Below, piece after piece: positions 28,444 to 38,014 of a DNA stretch of 64,000 nt. Position 1 is the first letter of the stretch, and every line of letters begins with the position of its first letter. This DNA is from Clostridia bacterium. GTDB taxonomy: Bacteria; Bacillota; Clostridia; Oscillospirales; Acutalibacteraceae. Location of the stretch: NCBI GenBank assembly GCA_017436285.1, contig JAFSDL010000013.1:8096-72095 (forward strand), in the 5' to 3' direction. The notes beneath the pieces were generated by a model that did not search any database, was not told where the DNA came from, and saw only the letters and a list, made by a program, of their open reading frames with translations. The translations under genes were made by a program, and so were the position numbers.

Positions 28444-29619
28444 TTAATCCGTAAGAAGAAAATAATGAATTTTTTCGGCATTGATTTTCCAAGTTTTATT
28501 GTGTATTAAATAGGTTTTAGCGTTGTTTGCCATTTGTGTTAAATCAGAATTGTCTGTTTCACTCATTTTCAATATAGCTTGTGCAAGTCCTTGAGGAGAG
28601 TCATCATTTATCCAAATGAGCAAATCATCATAATCAGAACTGAATCCGTTTAACATAGTTGAAGCAACGGGTCTTCCGCTCATTAAATATTCAAATATTT
28701 TTGAGGGGAAAGTTACCTTAGCAATGGAATTGTCGACAGGTCTGGGATTTATAAGTGCCCATGAGGTTTGTTGTGCTTTTAAAGCTTCGGGATTGGTTAC
28801 CGTTCCGTGGTATCGTATGCGAGGATCATTTTTTGCAATTTCCTGAATAATAGGGCGCAACACACCTTCCCCGTAGATGTCAAGAAAAATATCGTTACGT
28901 TCAATATAAGAAAAGGCTTTTACCAAATTCATAATACCACTGTATTCAACAAGAGCACCGGTGTAAACAATATTTCGGGTTTTACCGTTCCAGTTGTTTT
29001 CGTTGTTTTCAAATTCGGTAGGTTCAACTCCGCCATCTACCACGAGATACTTTGCATGCGGAGCATAAGTTTTGGCGACATTTTCATTTAAAACGATATA
29101 TTTATCACACTTTTTTATGTTGTTGAGTGTGCTTCTATCAAACAGCCTTCTTAAAAATCTGTTAATTCCACGTTGTTTATTCACTCCACCAATGGATAAA
29201 TCCGCAAGCAGACATACAGTTCTTCCGTTAACCTTCTTTTTTATACGGCTAAGAGGAATGCCCTGAGTGGGATACATATCATAAGCCATTACCAAGGAGC
29301 TTTTTGCAACTGTTTTTTTTAGCCTTGCCAGAGTTTTCCAGGGCAATATCAGTTGCTTTATTATGGGTAAATTTATGTAGCCGACTTGCCAAAGATTAAC
29401 ATTGTCAAAAATTTTCTCTTTGGTTGTTCTTATAAAGAGTTTTTTTGATTTATGAGGAGCTTTGAAGGGATGAAAGGAAATGATATCAAGCTTAACACCA
29501 TCAATACAAGAAAGATGCTTGAGTAAATTATATTGAAATTTATTTCCGGCAATAGATGTCTCTCCGATTTTTCCAATGTCCTCGGGACGAGTCATAATTC
29601 CAAGGTAAACGATATGCAT
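28444..29619 (-). CDS. Glycosyltransferase (GT1 clan, GT4-like)
   Basis: It has a GT-B C-domain (IVYTGALVEYSGIMNLVKAF...LDIYGEG...FPSKIFEYLMSGRPV). Confidence 0.8.
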   Translation of the reverse strand: MHIVYLGIMTRPEDIGKIGETSIAGNKFQYNLLKHLSCIDGVKLDIISFHPFKAPHKSKKLFIRTTKEKIFDNVNLWQVGYINLPIIKQLILPWKTLARLKKTVAKSSLVMAYDMYPTQGIPLSRIKKKVNGRTVCLLADLSIGGVNKQRGINRFLRRLFDRSTLNNIKKCDKYIVLNENVAKTYAPHAKYLVVDGGVEPTEFENNENNWNGKTRNIVYTGALVEYSGIMNLVKAFSYIERNDIFLDIYGEGVLRPIIQEIAKNDPRIRYHGTVTNPEALKAQQTSWALINPRPVDNSIAKVTFPSKIFEYLMSGRPVASTMLNGFSSDYDDLLIWINDDSPQGLAQAILKMSETDNSDLTQMANNAKTYLIHNKTWKINAEKIHYFLLTD

Positions 29620-29624
29620 ACTTT

Positions 29625-30896
29625 TTATTCCTTATTATTTTTTGTTTTTTCAAATTCTGCTTTTCGCTGAAGCATTAAAGTGTCATTGATGTATAAATTA
29701 AAATAGGTTGTTCCATATTTTTCATCAAGTTCACAATCGGTATTAACGTTGCTCCAATTATAAACCAAAAAGTCGTTTTGTTCTTTTGCGGTTTCTCTTA
29801 TTGCGTTTTGCAGCTTTGTAATCCTTTTGAGTAGTGCTCGGAATTGATATGATGATAGATAAATGCCAACTGCATCATATAAACAGGTACTGTCTATACT
29901 TAATATTTTTTCGGCGAGATTGGCATCAATATACGGACGGTTTACTCGACCTTGATTTGTGAGAATGCAGGAAGCGCCTGCATAGGTAGAGGAAGGAAAT
30001 TTCGATGTTGGGAAAAAAGTTCTGTTTGCATCATTGTCAAAAGCTTCCACCCCCACAATTATTCCGTTGCTTTCTATAACATTGTAATTATCAAGCCGGT
30101 GATCAAGTTGATAGCATATTCCGTCAAGATATTCCAGATTTGTTAAATCTTTCAAAAATGTTTCTTTTTTGTAGTTTTGCCTTTTATCCGGTGTAATGTA
30201 TGCGGGAGTTTGTCCGTTGGCTGCATCCATTAGTGTACCGGTTCTGGTTTTGCCACTTATGTTGCTTTTACATACGCGCACCGGGGTTATTAATTCGGAG
30301 ACACCCAAGAGCTCGGCGAGCTTGTATGTGGATAATTGCTTGTTGGCACTTCCGTTTTCACAAATGCCTGCAGGAATGTAGGAATTCGCCTTGTAGCTGA
30401 TTATAATACAGGATATATATGTAATAAAATCTAAAAACTCTTTTTGGTAATACGAATTATTGAGAGACGGTAGACCTGCTGAAGCATAGTCGCAATATTC
30501 ACCGGATAATATTTCAATCAGATGTTTATTGAAAATTGATGTTATACGGCAAAGCTTTCTGTAATTGGCTCTGCAAGAAACATCCGCTCTGACAATGCGT
30601 TCGAATTCTTTTTTTTCGTATTTACAGATGTTTTGAAAATAATCATCGATTGCTTCAGCAAAGTATTCCTTGAACTTTTTGTGAATTCGGCACTCTCTGA
30701 AATATTTCACATCACCATTTATCATACACTGTGTAACGATGCTGCTGTTGATAATATATTTAACATTGTCGTTGCATTCGTATTCGTCAATTGCTAAATC
30801 AGCAATATTGTTTTTTGGTGACATAAAAAGATATATGATTAAATTTCTTATGAATTGCTTAAGCTCAAAAAACATAAAATCTTCCATTCTCAACAA
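29625..30896 (-). CDS. Hypothetical protein of unrecognised family embedded in the glycosyltransferase operon
   Basis: It is a 423-aa ORF packed tightly between two GT genes (5 nt and 18 nt gaps). It has no TM helix, signal peptide or SD, and several alternative starts (TTG 30896, ATG 30887, ATG 30875). It contains the motif YQLDHRLDNYNV...GVEAFDNDANRTF. Confidence 0.6.
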   Translation of the reverse strand: MLRMEDFMFFELKQFIRNLIIYLFMSPKNNIADLAIDEYECNDNVKYIINSSIVTQCMINGDVKYFRECRIHKKFKEYFAEAIDDYFQNICKYEKKEFERIVRADVSCRANYRKLCRITSIFNKHLIEILSGEYCDYASAGLPSLNNSYYQKEFLDFITYISCIIISYKANSYIPAGICENGSANKQLSTYKLAELLGVSELITPVRVCKSNISGKTRTGTLMDAANGQTPAYITPDKRQNYKKETFLKDLTNLEYLDGICYQLDHRLDNYNVIESNGIIVGVEAFDNDANRTFFPTSKFPSSTYAGASCILTNQGRVNRPYIDANLAEKILSIDSTCLYDAVGIYLSSYQFRALLKRITKLQNAIRETAKEQNDFLVYNWSNVNTDCELDEKYGTTYFNLYINDTLMLQRKAEFEKTKNNKE

Positions 30897-30914
30897 GGCA
30901 TAATCTTTTTGCGT

Positions 30915-32072
30915 TTAATGATTTTTGATAATTTTATTAAAAAGCTTTTTGTATTCTTCGCACAATTGCTCAAAAGAAAGCTTCTTTTCTATGTAGCTTC
31001 TTATGTCTGAACAATATGTGCTGTATTGAACATTATTCATATCTGCGATTTTTCCTAAAATTGCAACGAAAGAGTTTATATCGCCAAGTTCAGCGGTAAA
31101 ACCGGCAACATTATGGACATCATCCCAAGGAGTTGTACCACTGGTTATAATTACCGGGCAGCCTGAAATTAAAGCTTCTTCAATTGCATAGCCATAGTTT
31201 TCTGTGGTGGTAGGAAGGAAAAAACAGTCGTAATCTTTTGCAACCTCACGAGCCTTAGAAGAATCCAATCTTCCCTTGTAGGTTATGGTAATGTTTTGAG
31301 GCGCTTTGGCTATAGCTTTTTTGCATTCTTCCCAATAAGCTTCATCTTCCATTGAACCAAAAATATCAAAAATTACATTTTGCTTTAGCTGACAAATACA
31401 TTCGATGGCAAAAAGCAGATTTTTAATAGGATGAATTCTGCTTGCAAAAACCACTTTCAGATTTCCGTCTTCTTTTATGTAGTCGGTTCTCGGATTGAAT
31501 ATGCAGGGCATATTGGGTATCAAAGTTATTTTTTCAGGCTTGATGCCCAAATATTTAGGTAGGTTTTTCACTTCACCAGGCGTGGTTGCCTGAAACCAGA
31601 CATCCTTAAAAACGCCGCCCAACCGACAAGCCATTGCCGCACCCATTTTTTTTGCCGGCTTATGTCTCATAGCATTGTCTAAAACGTCACCATCAGGTGT
31701 AATAAGAACGGGGATGTTGCGTTCTCGTGCTTCAACTATTACATCCTTGTTAAAATGGAAAAAGGTTGTAATGGTGCCTGAGCAATAAATGATATCGGGT
31801 TTAAGTTCATCCATGATTTTTCCGAATGTTGAGCCATTGAAGGCTTGATCGGGGAAATAGAGAACGCGAGCTTTTCCGTATTGATTATACCCATCGGTTA
31901 TATTTTTGAAGGGCTCTGAGGTTTTGTAATCGTGGTTTCTTGTAACTATTACAATGTCATATTCATCCCCGAAAGCTTCGGTAAAATTATAGCGACTGGT
32001 TGCTATTCCTCCAAAATTCACTCCGGGGAAATATCCGCCTGTAATGATGAGTATGGATTTTTTATTCTCCAT
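30915..32072 (-). CDS. Glycosyltransferase family 4
   Basis: The N-terminus is ILIITGGYFPGVNFGGIATS and the C-terminus has FFLPTTTENYGYAIEEALISGCPVI (EX7E). Confidence 0.8.
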   Translation of the reverse strand: MENKKSILIITGGYFPGVNFGGIATSRYNFTEAFGDEYDIVIVTRNHDYKTSEPFKNITDGYNQYGKARVLYFPDQAFNGSTFGKIMDELKPDIIYCSGTITTFFHFNKDVIVEARERNIPVLITPDGDVLDNAMRHKPAKKMGAAMACRLGGVFKDVWFQATTPGEVKNLPKYLGIKPEKITLIPNMPCIFNPRTDYIKEDGNLKVVFASRIHPIKNLLFAIECICQLKQNVIFDIFGSMEDEAYWEECKKAIAKAPQNITITYKGRLDSSKAREVAKDYDCFFLPTTTENYGYAIEEALISGCPVIITSGTTPWDDVHNVAGFTAELGDINSFVAILGKIADMNNVQYSTYCSDIRSYIEKKLSFEQLCEEYKKLFNKIIKNH

Positions 32073-32901
32073 TTTTTTTCGTTTCCATTTCGTATATTTT
32101 AGCGTCTATAAGATATCTGTACCAATAAGCTTGCATAAAAGCATGAATTCTTCCTGCTTCGCCATCAAGAAAACCGAGCTTCAGGTAATATCTATACCAA
32201 TAATAAAGTTTTGCTCTGAAATACTTAGGTAACTTATAATAAAGATTGTTTCTTGCTTTTCTTGTTTTCTTTGCAGATTCGGGCAGGTTAGCATCTGTGT
32301 CATCCTTGGTGGCTTGCTCATAATTGATTGTTTCTAATGTTGAATACCAATTATGCTTACTGATCCAATTTTCAAGAGATTTAAAATCATAGTGCAGGCA
32401 ATCATTTTTTAAATAGAGGAGTTCACCTTCGGTTATAATAGTTTGGTCGCGCATGCCTACCTCGTCGATATAGCCTTTGCCATATTTGAAAATTGTTGTG
32501 CGATAAAATGGGTATACACCACCATGCTTTAAAAATTTGCCCAAGAAATAAATTTTAAATTTAACTATTAGACCATTTACATTATCATCAGCATGTGCGA
32601 CGCATTCTTCGGAAATTTCTTTTCGTAATTCTGGTGTGACCTCTTCATCAGCATCTAATCGGAATACCCACTTTGTTTTTATATCAAGTGTATCTAACGC
32701 CCAATTGAATTGCTTGCCGTGTGTGATGAACGGATGTACCACAACTTCGGCTCCGACTTCTTTTGCAATATCACAGGTTTTATCAGTACTTCCGCTATCT
32801 ACAACTATTATTCTTGTAGCTAATTCTTTAACTGAAAGAATGCACCTTTTGATGTTAGCTTCTTCATTTTTGGTGAGTATTATAACCGTAATGTCATTCA
32901 T
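32062..32901 (-). CDS. Glycosyltransferase family 2
   Basis: ITVIILTKNEEANIKRCILSV...VVDSGSTDKT...RLDADE is the GT-A fold with a DxD motif. Confidence 0.9.
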   Translation of the reverse strand: MNDITVIILTKNEEANIKRCILSVKELATRIIVVDSGSTDKTCDIAKEVGAEVVVHPFITHGKQFNWALDTLDIKTKWVFRLDADEEVTPELRKEISEECVAHADDNVNGLIVKFKIYFLGKFLKHGGVYPFYRTTIFKYGKGYIDEVGMRDQTIITEGELLYLKNDCLHYDFKSLENWISKHNWYSTLETINYEQATKDDTDANLPESAKKTRKARNNLYYKLPKYFRAKLYYWYRYYLKLGFLDGEAGRIHAFMQAYWYRYLIDAKIYEMETKKNGE

Positions 32902-32940
32902 TCGAGTACTCCTCCTTTTGGCAGATTAAGGTAACTTGTT

Positions 32941-34155
32941 TTACTCCATAAGCTGAGAAAATATATTACTATATTTTTCCATAGCAATAGGCTTATCGTA
33001 TTTGCCAAGATACAGCTTTTTTGCTCTCTCTCCCATAATTTTGCAATCTTGAGGATTTGAATATAGGGATTCAATTCGTTTTTTTAATTGGTTGCTGTCT
33101 CCGATGGGAACAAAATAACCGATTTTTTCTTCTTCGACTTCTTTTGCAAGATAAGAAGCTTCTTCAACTATGGCAATAATTGGGTGCTGACCTTGCAAAT
33201 AACTGTAATATTTGCTGGGGGCACAGGTGCCGACCAACCCTTTTTCCAGACTGACAATAAAAGCAGATGTAATGGCTACTGCCTGTTGAAATTCTTCACC
33301 TGTCAGATAATCAAAGAACTGAACATTGGAAAGGTGGTTTTTTTCTATAAAATTTTTAACGTATGCCGTTTTGTTTCCGTGACCAATAATAAGGAAGCGA
33401 ACATTGTCATTTGTTTTCATAAGGTTAGCTGTATGAAGAAGTGTATCTATGTCCTGACAAGTTCCCATATTACCAAAATATGAAACAACAAATTGATCAT
33501 CACTATATCCGAATTGTGCATAAGAATTTTCGCTTTTTGCACATGTTTCTTCATGTGCCCAATTAGCAATAGTGACAATATCATCAGCGGCTATGCCTCT
33601 GCGGTTGGTAAGCAAAAACTGCTTCATTTCATCAGTTAAAGAAACAACCTTGTCAGCATTTTTATAAAGAGAAATGTTAATGAGTTGCATTAACCGATCA
33701 ATTATATTTCCTTTTGTAATGCTTCCGGAAGCATATCCTATTTCAGGATAAATATCATAAGCTACGAAAACCAATTTGGTTTTGTAAAGTTTTTTTGCCA
33801 AAATTGCCACAGCAGGCAGGATGGGTGGGTTGGAATAGACAATAACGGCACGGTATTTTTTCAGTTCTCTTATGTGTAAAAGAGCGCTGAGTGTGAACGA
33901 AAAATAATTTACAAGTCTGCCCAACGTGGATTTTCTGCTGAATTGAAGATATTTGATGCGTTTAATATCAACGTTAGAAACTGTTTCGCGCTTTATAACA
34001 TTTTGTTCTGTGGAATATTCCTTTGGATATCCGCAAAGAGCGCCCACTTTGAAATTTTGTGATGCAAGGTGCTTAGCTGTATCAAAGGGAAGTGTCGCTG
34101 AAGATACAACCTCAGGGTAAAAAAACTGACATAAAAATAAAATATCACCGTTCAC
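32941..34155 (-). CDS. Glycosyltransferase family 4, WbuB-like (candidate L-FucNAc transferase)
   Basis: The N-terminus FLCQFFYPEVVSSATLPFDTAKHLA is typical of WbuB-like GT4 enzymes. The acceptor and donor sugars are inferred only from co-occurrence with fnlABC. Confidence 0.75.
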   Translation of the reverse strand: MNGDILFLCQFFYPEVVSSATLPFDTAKHLASQNFKVGALCGYPKEYSTEQNVIKRETVSNVDIKRIKYLQFSRKSTLGRLVNYFSFTLSALLHIRELKKYRAVIVYSNPPILPAVAILAKKLYKTKLVFVAYDIYPEIGYASGSITKGNIIDRLMQLINISLYKNADKVVSLTDEMKQFLLTNRRGIAADDIVTIANWAHEETCAKSENSYAQFGYSDDQFVVSYFGNMGTCQDIDTLLHTANLMKTNDNVRFLIIGHGNKTAYVKNFIEKNHLSNVQFFDYLTGEEFQQAVAITSAFIVSLEKGLVGTCAPSKYYSYLQGQHPIIAIVEEASYLAKEVEEEKIGYFVPIGDSNQLKKRIESLYSNPQDCKIMGERAKKLYLGKYDKPIAMEKYSNIFSQLME

Positions 34156-34158
34156 AAG

Positions 34159-35019
34159 TTATTCCTCGCTTACAATACTCTTTTTAATTGAATCTTCTGT
34201 TTGAACAACGCAGTATTCAAATCCGAAATTTTCAAGTTCTTTGTCATATATGAGATTTCCGAAGGCTTTTTTTGCAATGCCGATAAATGGAAACAACATT
34301 CTGACACACAACCCTAACAATGTGCTTAAATGAAGCTTTTTACCACGTGCTTTCATTGCCATTTTTGCAATATCACAAGTGTTTACATACTCATTGTTTT
34401 GAGGTATACAGATACCGGAAAATTCTTTATCAATAACCAATTTCACAAACTCAGAAAGATTATCTATGTATATCATACTGCGTTGGTTATTAATGTTAGG
34501 GAAAACAGGTGATATTTCTGCTATTTTAATCAAAGAATTGAAATTTCCGCGACAACCTAAACCATATACCATAGGAGGTCTTATTATGGTAACGCAAAAG
34601 TCTTTGCTTTCAAGCTGTGATATGGCGTTTTCCGCTAAAAGCTTAGATTTTCCATAATTGCTTTTGGGATGTAGGGGGGTGCATTCTGTAATTACACCCA
34701 TATCCACACCATATACGCTCATAGAACTTAGAAAAATAAACTGCTTTACACCTTCATTTTGTGCCTTTTGTGCAGTTTTTAATGCTAAACCGTAGTTAAC
34801 GCTGTAATAGAGTTGTTTGTTTTCTTTAGTTTCTTTACGATGTGCTATTCCGGCAACATGAAAGATTACATCATATTCTGAAAAATTAGTATTTTCCCAA
34901 TCGCTATTTGTCATATCAATTGTGTGAACTATAAAGCTTTCGGGATACCTTTGTTTTATATAGTTTTCAAATGAAACGCCTATGTAACTATTGGCTCCTG
35001 TAATCAAGATTTTTTTCAT
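34159..35019 (-). CDS. NAD-dependent epimerase/dehydratase (SDR) family protein, Cap5N-like position
   Basis: It has the Rossmann motif ITGANSYIG and the catalytic YGKSK. It is adjacent to the initiating sugar transferase. Confidence 0.85.
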   Translation of the reverse strand: MKKILITGANSYIGVSFENYIKQRYPESFIVHTIDMTNSDWENTNFSEYDVIFHVAGIAHRKETKENKQLYYSVNYGLALKTAQKAQNEGVKQFIFLSSMSVYGVDMGVITECTPLHPKSNYGKSKLLAENAISQLESKDFCVTIIRPPMVYGLGCRGNFNSLIKIAEISPVFPNINNQRSMIYIDNLSEFVKLVIDKEFSGICIPQNNEYVNTCDIAKMAMKARGKKLHLSTLLGLCVRMLFPFIGIAKKAFGNLIYDKELENFGFEYCVVQTEDSIKKSIVSEE

Positions 35020-35633
35020 TTTTGGTTTGATTCCTTCTTTATTTCGCCCGTGCCACCTTCAACAACGCCTTCGCTTTTGAGAACGCTGGTTATAGTTCCT
35101 ATGAAGCATTTGATATCAAATGCAAAGCTCATTTTTTCAACATATTCGCCATCAAAGGTTGCTTTTATATCAATTTCAAGTTCATCTCGTCCGTTGATTT
35201 GTGCCCAACCCGTAAGACCCGGTCGAACATTATTAACACCATATTTGTCACGTTCTTCAATCAAATCGAATTGATTCCAAAGTGCAGGACGCGGACCGAT
35301 GATGCTCATTTGTCCGCGAAGAATATTGAATAACTGGGGGAGTTCGTCAAGACTTGTTTTTCTTAAAATTTTACCGGTTTTTGTTATCCACTTTTCAGGG
35401 TCGGACAGCTCGTGGGTAGGAGCATCAGGAGGGGTATCTGTTCGCATTGTTCGGAACTTCAAAATGTTAAAATGCTCTTTGTTTTTTCCAACTCTTTTCT
35501 GTTTGAAGAAAACAGGACCTTCAGAGTCGATTTTTATTGCCAGTGCTATTAAGCCCATAGGGAGTATAAGCACTACTATGCCACATAAAGAAAGCAATAT
35601 ATCAAGCATTCTTTTGATATATTTTTTATACAT
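35016..35633 (-). CDS. Undecaprenyl-phosphate sugar phosphotransferase (small PglC/Cap5M-type initiating transferase)
   Basis: KRMLDILLSLCGIVVL is a re-entrant helix. Other motifs are FKQKRVGKNKEHFNILKFRTM, SLDELPQLFNILRGQMSIIGPRP and PGLTGWAQINGRDE. I prefer the start at 35633 (MYKKYIKR); 35654 and 35711 are alternatives. Confidence 0.9.
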   Translation of the reverse strand: MYKKYIKRMLDILLSLCGIVVLILPMGLIALAIKIDSEGPVFFKQKRVGKNKEHFNILKFRTMRTDTPPDAPTHELSDPEKWITKTGKILRKTSLDELPQLFNILRGQMSIIGPRPALWNQFDLIEERDKYGVNNVRPGLTGWAQINGRDELEIDIKATFDGEYVEKMSFAFDIKCFIGTITSVLKSEGVVEGGTGEIKKESNQK

Positions 35634-35723
35634 AAAAACGACCCCATTCATCATTGGATTTTTTATAAAAATATACATTATAATGATACCATACAATATA
35701 TACAAAATCAAGGAAACAAAAGC

Positions 35724-35751
35724 AAAAAACTCTCCCGAAGGAGAGTTTTTT
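35724..35751 (-). terminator. Rho-independent terminator separating the fba operon from the polysaccharide operon
   Basis: CTCTCC-CGAA-GGAGAG hairpin (35730-35745) flanked by A and T runs, immediately after the stop codon at 35750-35752. Confidence 0.8.
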
Positions 35752-36397
35752 ATAAAACTTTAAACATAGAAAGCATAATTTCAATTGTTTGTGCATATTG
35801 GGTTGCGCTTACGGGGGTTTTGCACTCAATTACTATGCAGCCGCCCTTGTTATCGTCAATGCAATAAACGGTTGTGATAACATCACTGTCACTGTCACCT
35901 GTCTGGGAGCGGTAAACCGAATTTGAATTTTCAATTTCGAGTTTTTCTGAAGCATCTAATTTCTTATGCTTCTTTTCAGCAGCACGGCAACATTCCTTGT
36001 AGCCCATTTCTCTTACGGGGGTTACGGTCATTTTTACAGCACTGTTGTTTTTCGCAGTAAGAATTGTTTCTCCGTCAGCTTTCTCTGTTACATCAAAGGT
36101 TGATTTATCAATAAAAAATGTGTAGTTTTTATTGGGATTTATAACAGGGTCGGTTGAAGAGGGGATTACGAATGTTGTATCGGTAGCCTCATTGGATTTG
36201 GTAGAGCTTTCGGAAGACTCAGCTACACTATTTGGGACAGTTGTTTGAGTGAGTGAACTGCTCTCAGTTATATTGGGAGAGTCTGAGCTGCCGGTAGCTT
36301 TTTTGCCGAAGGGAGCAAGAGCAATAGCTAAAATTGCAATAACTATTGCTAAAACACAAAGAATTATAATTAAATTACGCTTTTTTTTATCGCTCAT
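35750..36397 (-). CDS. Hypothetical membrane-anchored extracytoplasmic protein with Ser/Thr-rich linker
   Basis: An N-terminal TM helix (LIIILCVLAIVIAILAIALAP) is followed by an S/T-rich stretch and a ~130-aa globular part. It starts 2 nt after the fba stop. Confidence 0.6.
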   Translation of the reverse strand: MSDKKKRNLIIILCVLAIVIAILAIALAPFGKKATGSSDSPNITESSSLTQTTVPNSVAESSESSTKSNEATDTTFVIPSSTDPVINPNKNYTFFIDKSTFDVTEKADGETILTAKNNSAVKMTVTPVREMGYKECCRAAEKKHKKLDASEKLEIENSNSVYRSQTGDSDSDVITTVYCIDDNKGGCIVIECKTPVSATQYAQTIEIMLSMFKVL

Positions 36398-36399
36398 AA

Positions 36400-37275
36400 T
36401 TAAGCTTTATCCTTTGAACCGAAGAGCTCGATTTTTTCACGAACAGTTTCTTTAATAGCTTCGCAGCCGGGAGCAAGAAGCTTTCTGGGGTCGAAGCCCT
36501 TACCCTGAAGGTCTTTGCCTGCTTCAATGTATTTTCTTGTTGCATCCTGGAAAGCAAGCTGGCACTCTGTGTTAACATTGATTTTGGAAACACCGAGAGA
36601 AATAGCTTTCTTGATCATATCAGCAGGGATACCTGTACCACCGTGAAGAACGAGGGGCATTGTGCCTGTTTTTTCCTGAATTGCTGCAAGAGTATCAAAA
36701 GAGAGACCAGCCCAATTCTCGGGATATTTACCGTGAATGTTACCGATACCTGCTGCAAGCATTGTAACACCAAGGTCTGCAACCATTTTGCATTCATCGG
36801 GATCTGCACATTCGCCTGCACCAACAACGCCATCTTCCTCGCCGCCGATAGAACCAACCTCAGCTTCAAGAGAGAGTCCTAATTTTTCACATGTTTCAAC
36901 AAGCTCTTTTGTTTTTGCGATGTTTTCATCGATGGGGTAGTGAGAACCGTCAAACATAATTGAAGAGAAGCCTGCTTCAATACAAGCCTTTGCACCTTCA
37001 TATGAACCGTGGTCAAGGTGAAGAGCAACAGGAACAGTAATGTTAAGGTCCTCAATCATTGCTTTAACCATATCAGCAACAGTTTTGAAACCGCACATAT
37101 ACTTACCTGCACCTTCAGAAACACCGAGAATAACGGGTGAGTTCATTTCCTGAGCAGTGAGAAGAATGGATTTTGTCCATTCAAGGTTGTTGATGTTGAA
37201 CTGACCAACTGCGTATTGGCCTGCTTTTGCTTTTGTGAGCATGTCTTTTGCGTTAACTAAAGGCATTTTAAACAC
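36400..37275 (-). CDS. fba: Fructose-bisphosphate aldolase, class II
   Basis: Motifs VALHLDHG, MFDGSH, GNIHGKY and LVLHGGTGIP are present, and the protein is 291 aa. Confidence 0.95.
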   Translation of the reverse strand: MFKMPLVNAKDMLTKAKAGQYAVGQFNINNLEWTKSILLTAQEMNSPVILGVSEGAGKYMCGFKTVADMVKAMIEDLNITVPVALHLDHGSYEGAKACIEAGFSSIMFDGSHYPIDENIAKTKELVETCEKLGLSLEAEVGSIGGEEDGVVGAGECADPDECKMVADLGVTMLAAGIGNIHGKYPENWAGLSFDTLAAIQEKTGTMPLVLHGGTGIPADMIKKAISLGVSKINVNTECQLAFQDATRKYIEAGKDLQGKGFDPRKLLAPGCEAIKETVREKIELFGSKDKA

Positions 37276-37306
37276 TCCTATATATTAAAAATTTTTTATA
37301 AACCGC

Positions 37307-37807
37307 TTAAATGTCCTCTTCTCTTAAATTGAGAACAAGCTCCTTCTTTGTGGGAACAAGCTTTGTGTATTTAACACCGGCAGCATCAAACATTCTTTTT
37401 GATGCTCTTGTTGAGGAAGTTTCGGCATATTTATCGGAAAGATAAACTACTTCCTTGATACCGCTTTGAATGATGGCTTTTGCACATTCATTACAGGGGA
37501 AGAGAGCAACATAAATTCTGCTTCCTGCAAGGCTTCTTCCACGGCAGTTGAGAATGGCGTTAAGCTCTGCGTGGCAAACATAGAGATATTTGGTGTCGTA
37601 GGGGTCATCACCGCTTCTGTCCCAAGGGAAAACATCATCCCCACAGCCTGCAGGGAAGCCATTGTAGCCAACGGACAAAATTCTGTTTTCATCGTTTACA
37701 ATGCAAGCACCAACCTGAGTGTTAGGGTCCTTGCTTCTTTCAGCGCAAAGCATAGCAGCACCCATAAAAAATTCATCCCAGGAAATATAACCATCGCGTT
37801 TTGCCAT
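37307..37807 (-). CDS. dCMP deaminase (ComEB-type)
   Basis: It has WDEFFMGAAMLCAERSKDP, CHAELNAI and PCNECAKAI zinc motifs. Confidence 0.9.
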   Translation of the reverse strand: MAKRDGYISWDEFFMGAAMLCAERSKDPNTQVGACIVNDENRILSVGYNGFPAGCGDDVFPWDRSGDDPYDTKYLYVCHAELNAILNCRGRSLAGSRIYVALFPCNECAKAIIQSGIKEVVYLSDKYAETSSTRASKRMFDAAGVKYTKLVPTKKELVLNLREEDI

Positions 37808-38014
37808 AAAATTTCACCCAATCTCCATTCAAATCCAGATTACATTATACATTCAATTTGTGAAATTTTCAACACAATTTAATAAATTTGATAATAATAG
37901 CGAAAAAAATTACACATTTAGGTTATTCTTAATTTTTATTTTCCAAAAAAGAAAAATAAACAAAACGAATTTTGGTATTATCTAAGAACAGATTAAAAAA
38001 TTAGGAGATAAGGT

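Noticed and set aside
11037-35749. Polysaccharide locus as a mobile genomic island.
   Set aside because: No integrase, transposase, tRNA attachment site or flanking direct repeats were seen. It may still be strain-variable, but nothing in the sequence shows mobility.
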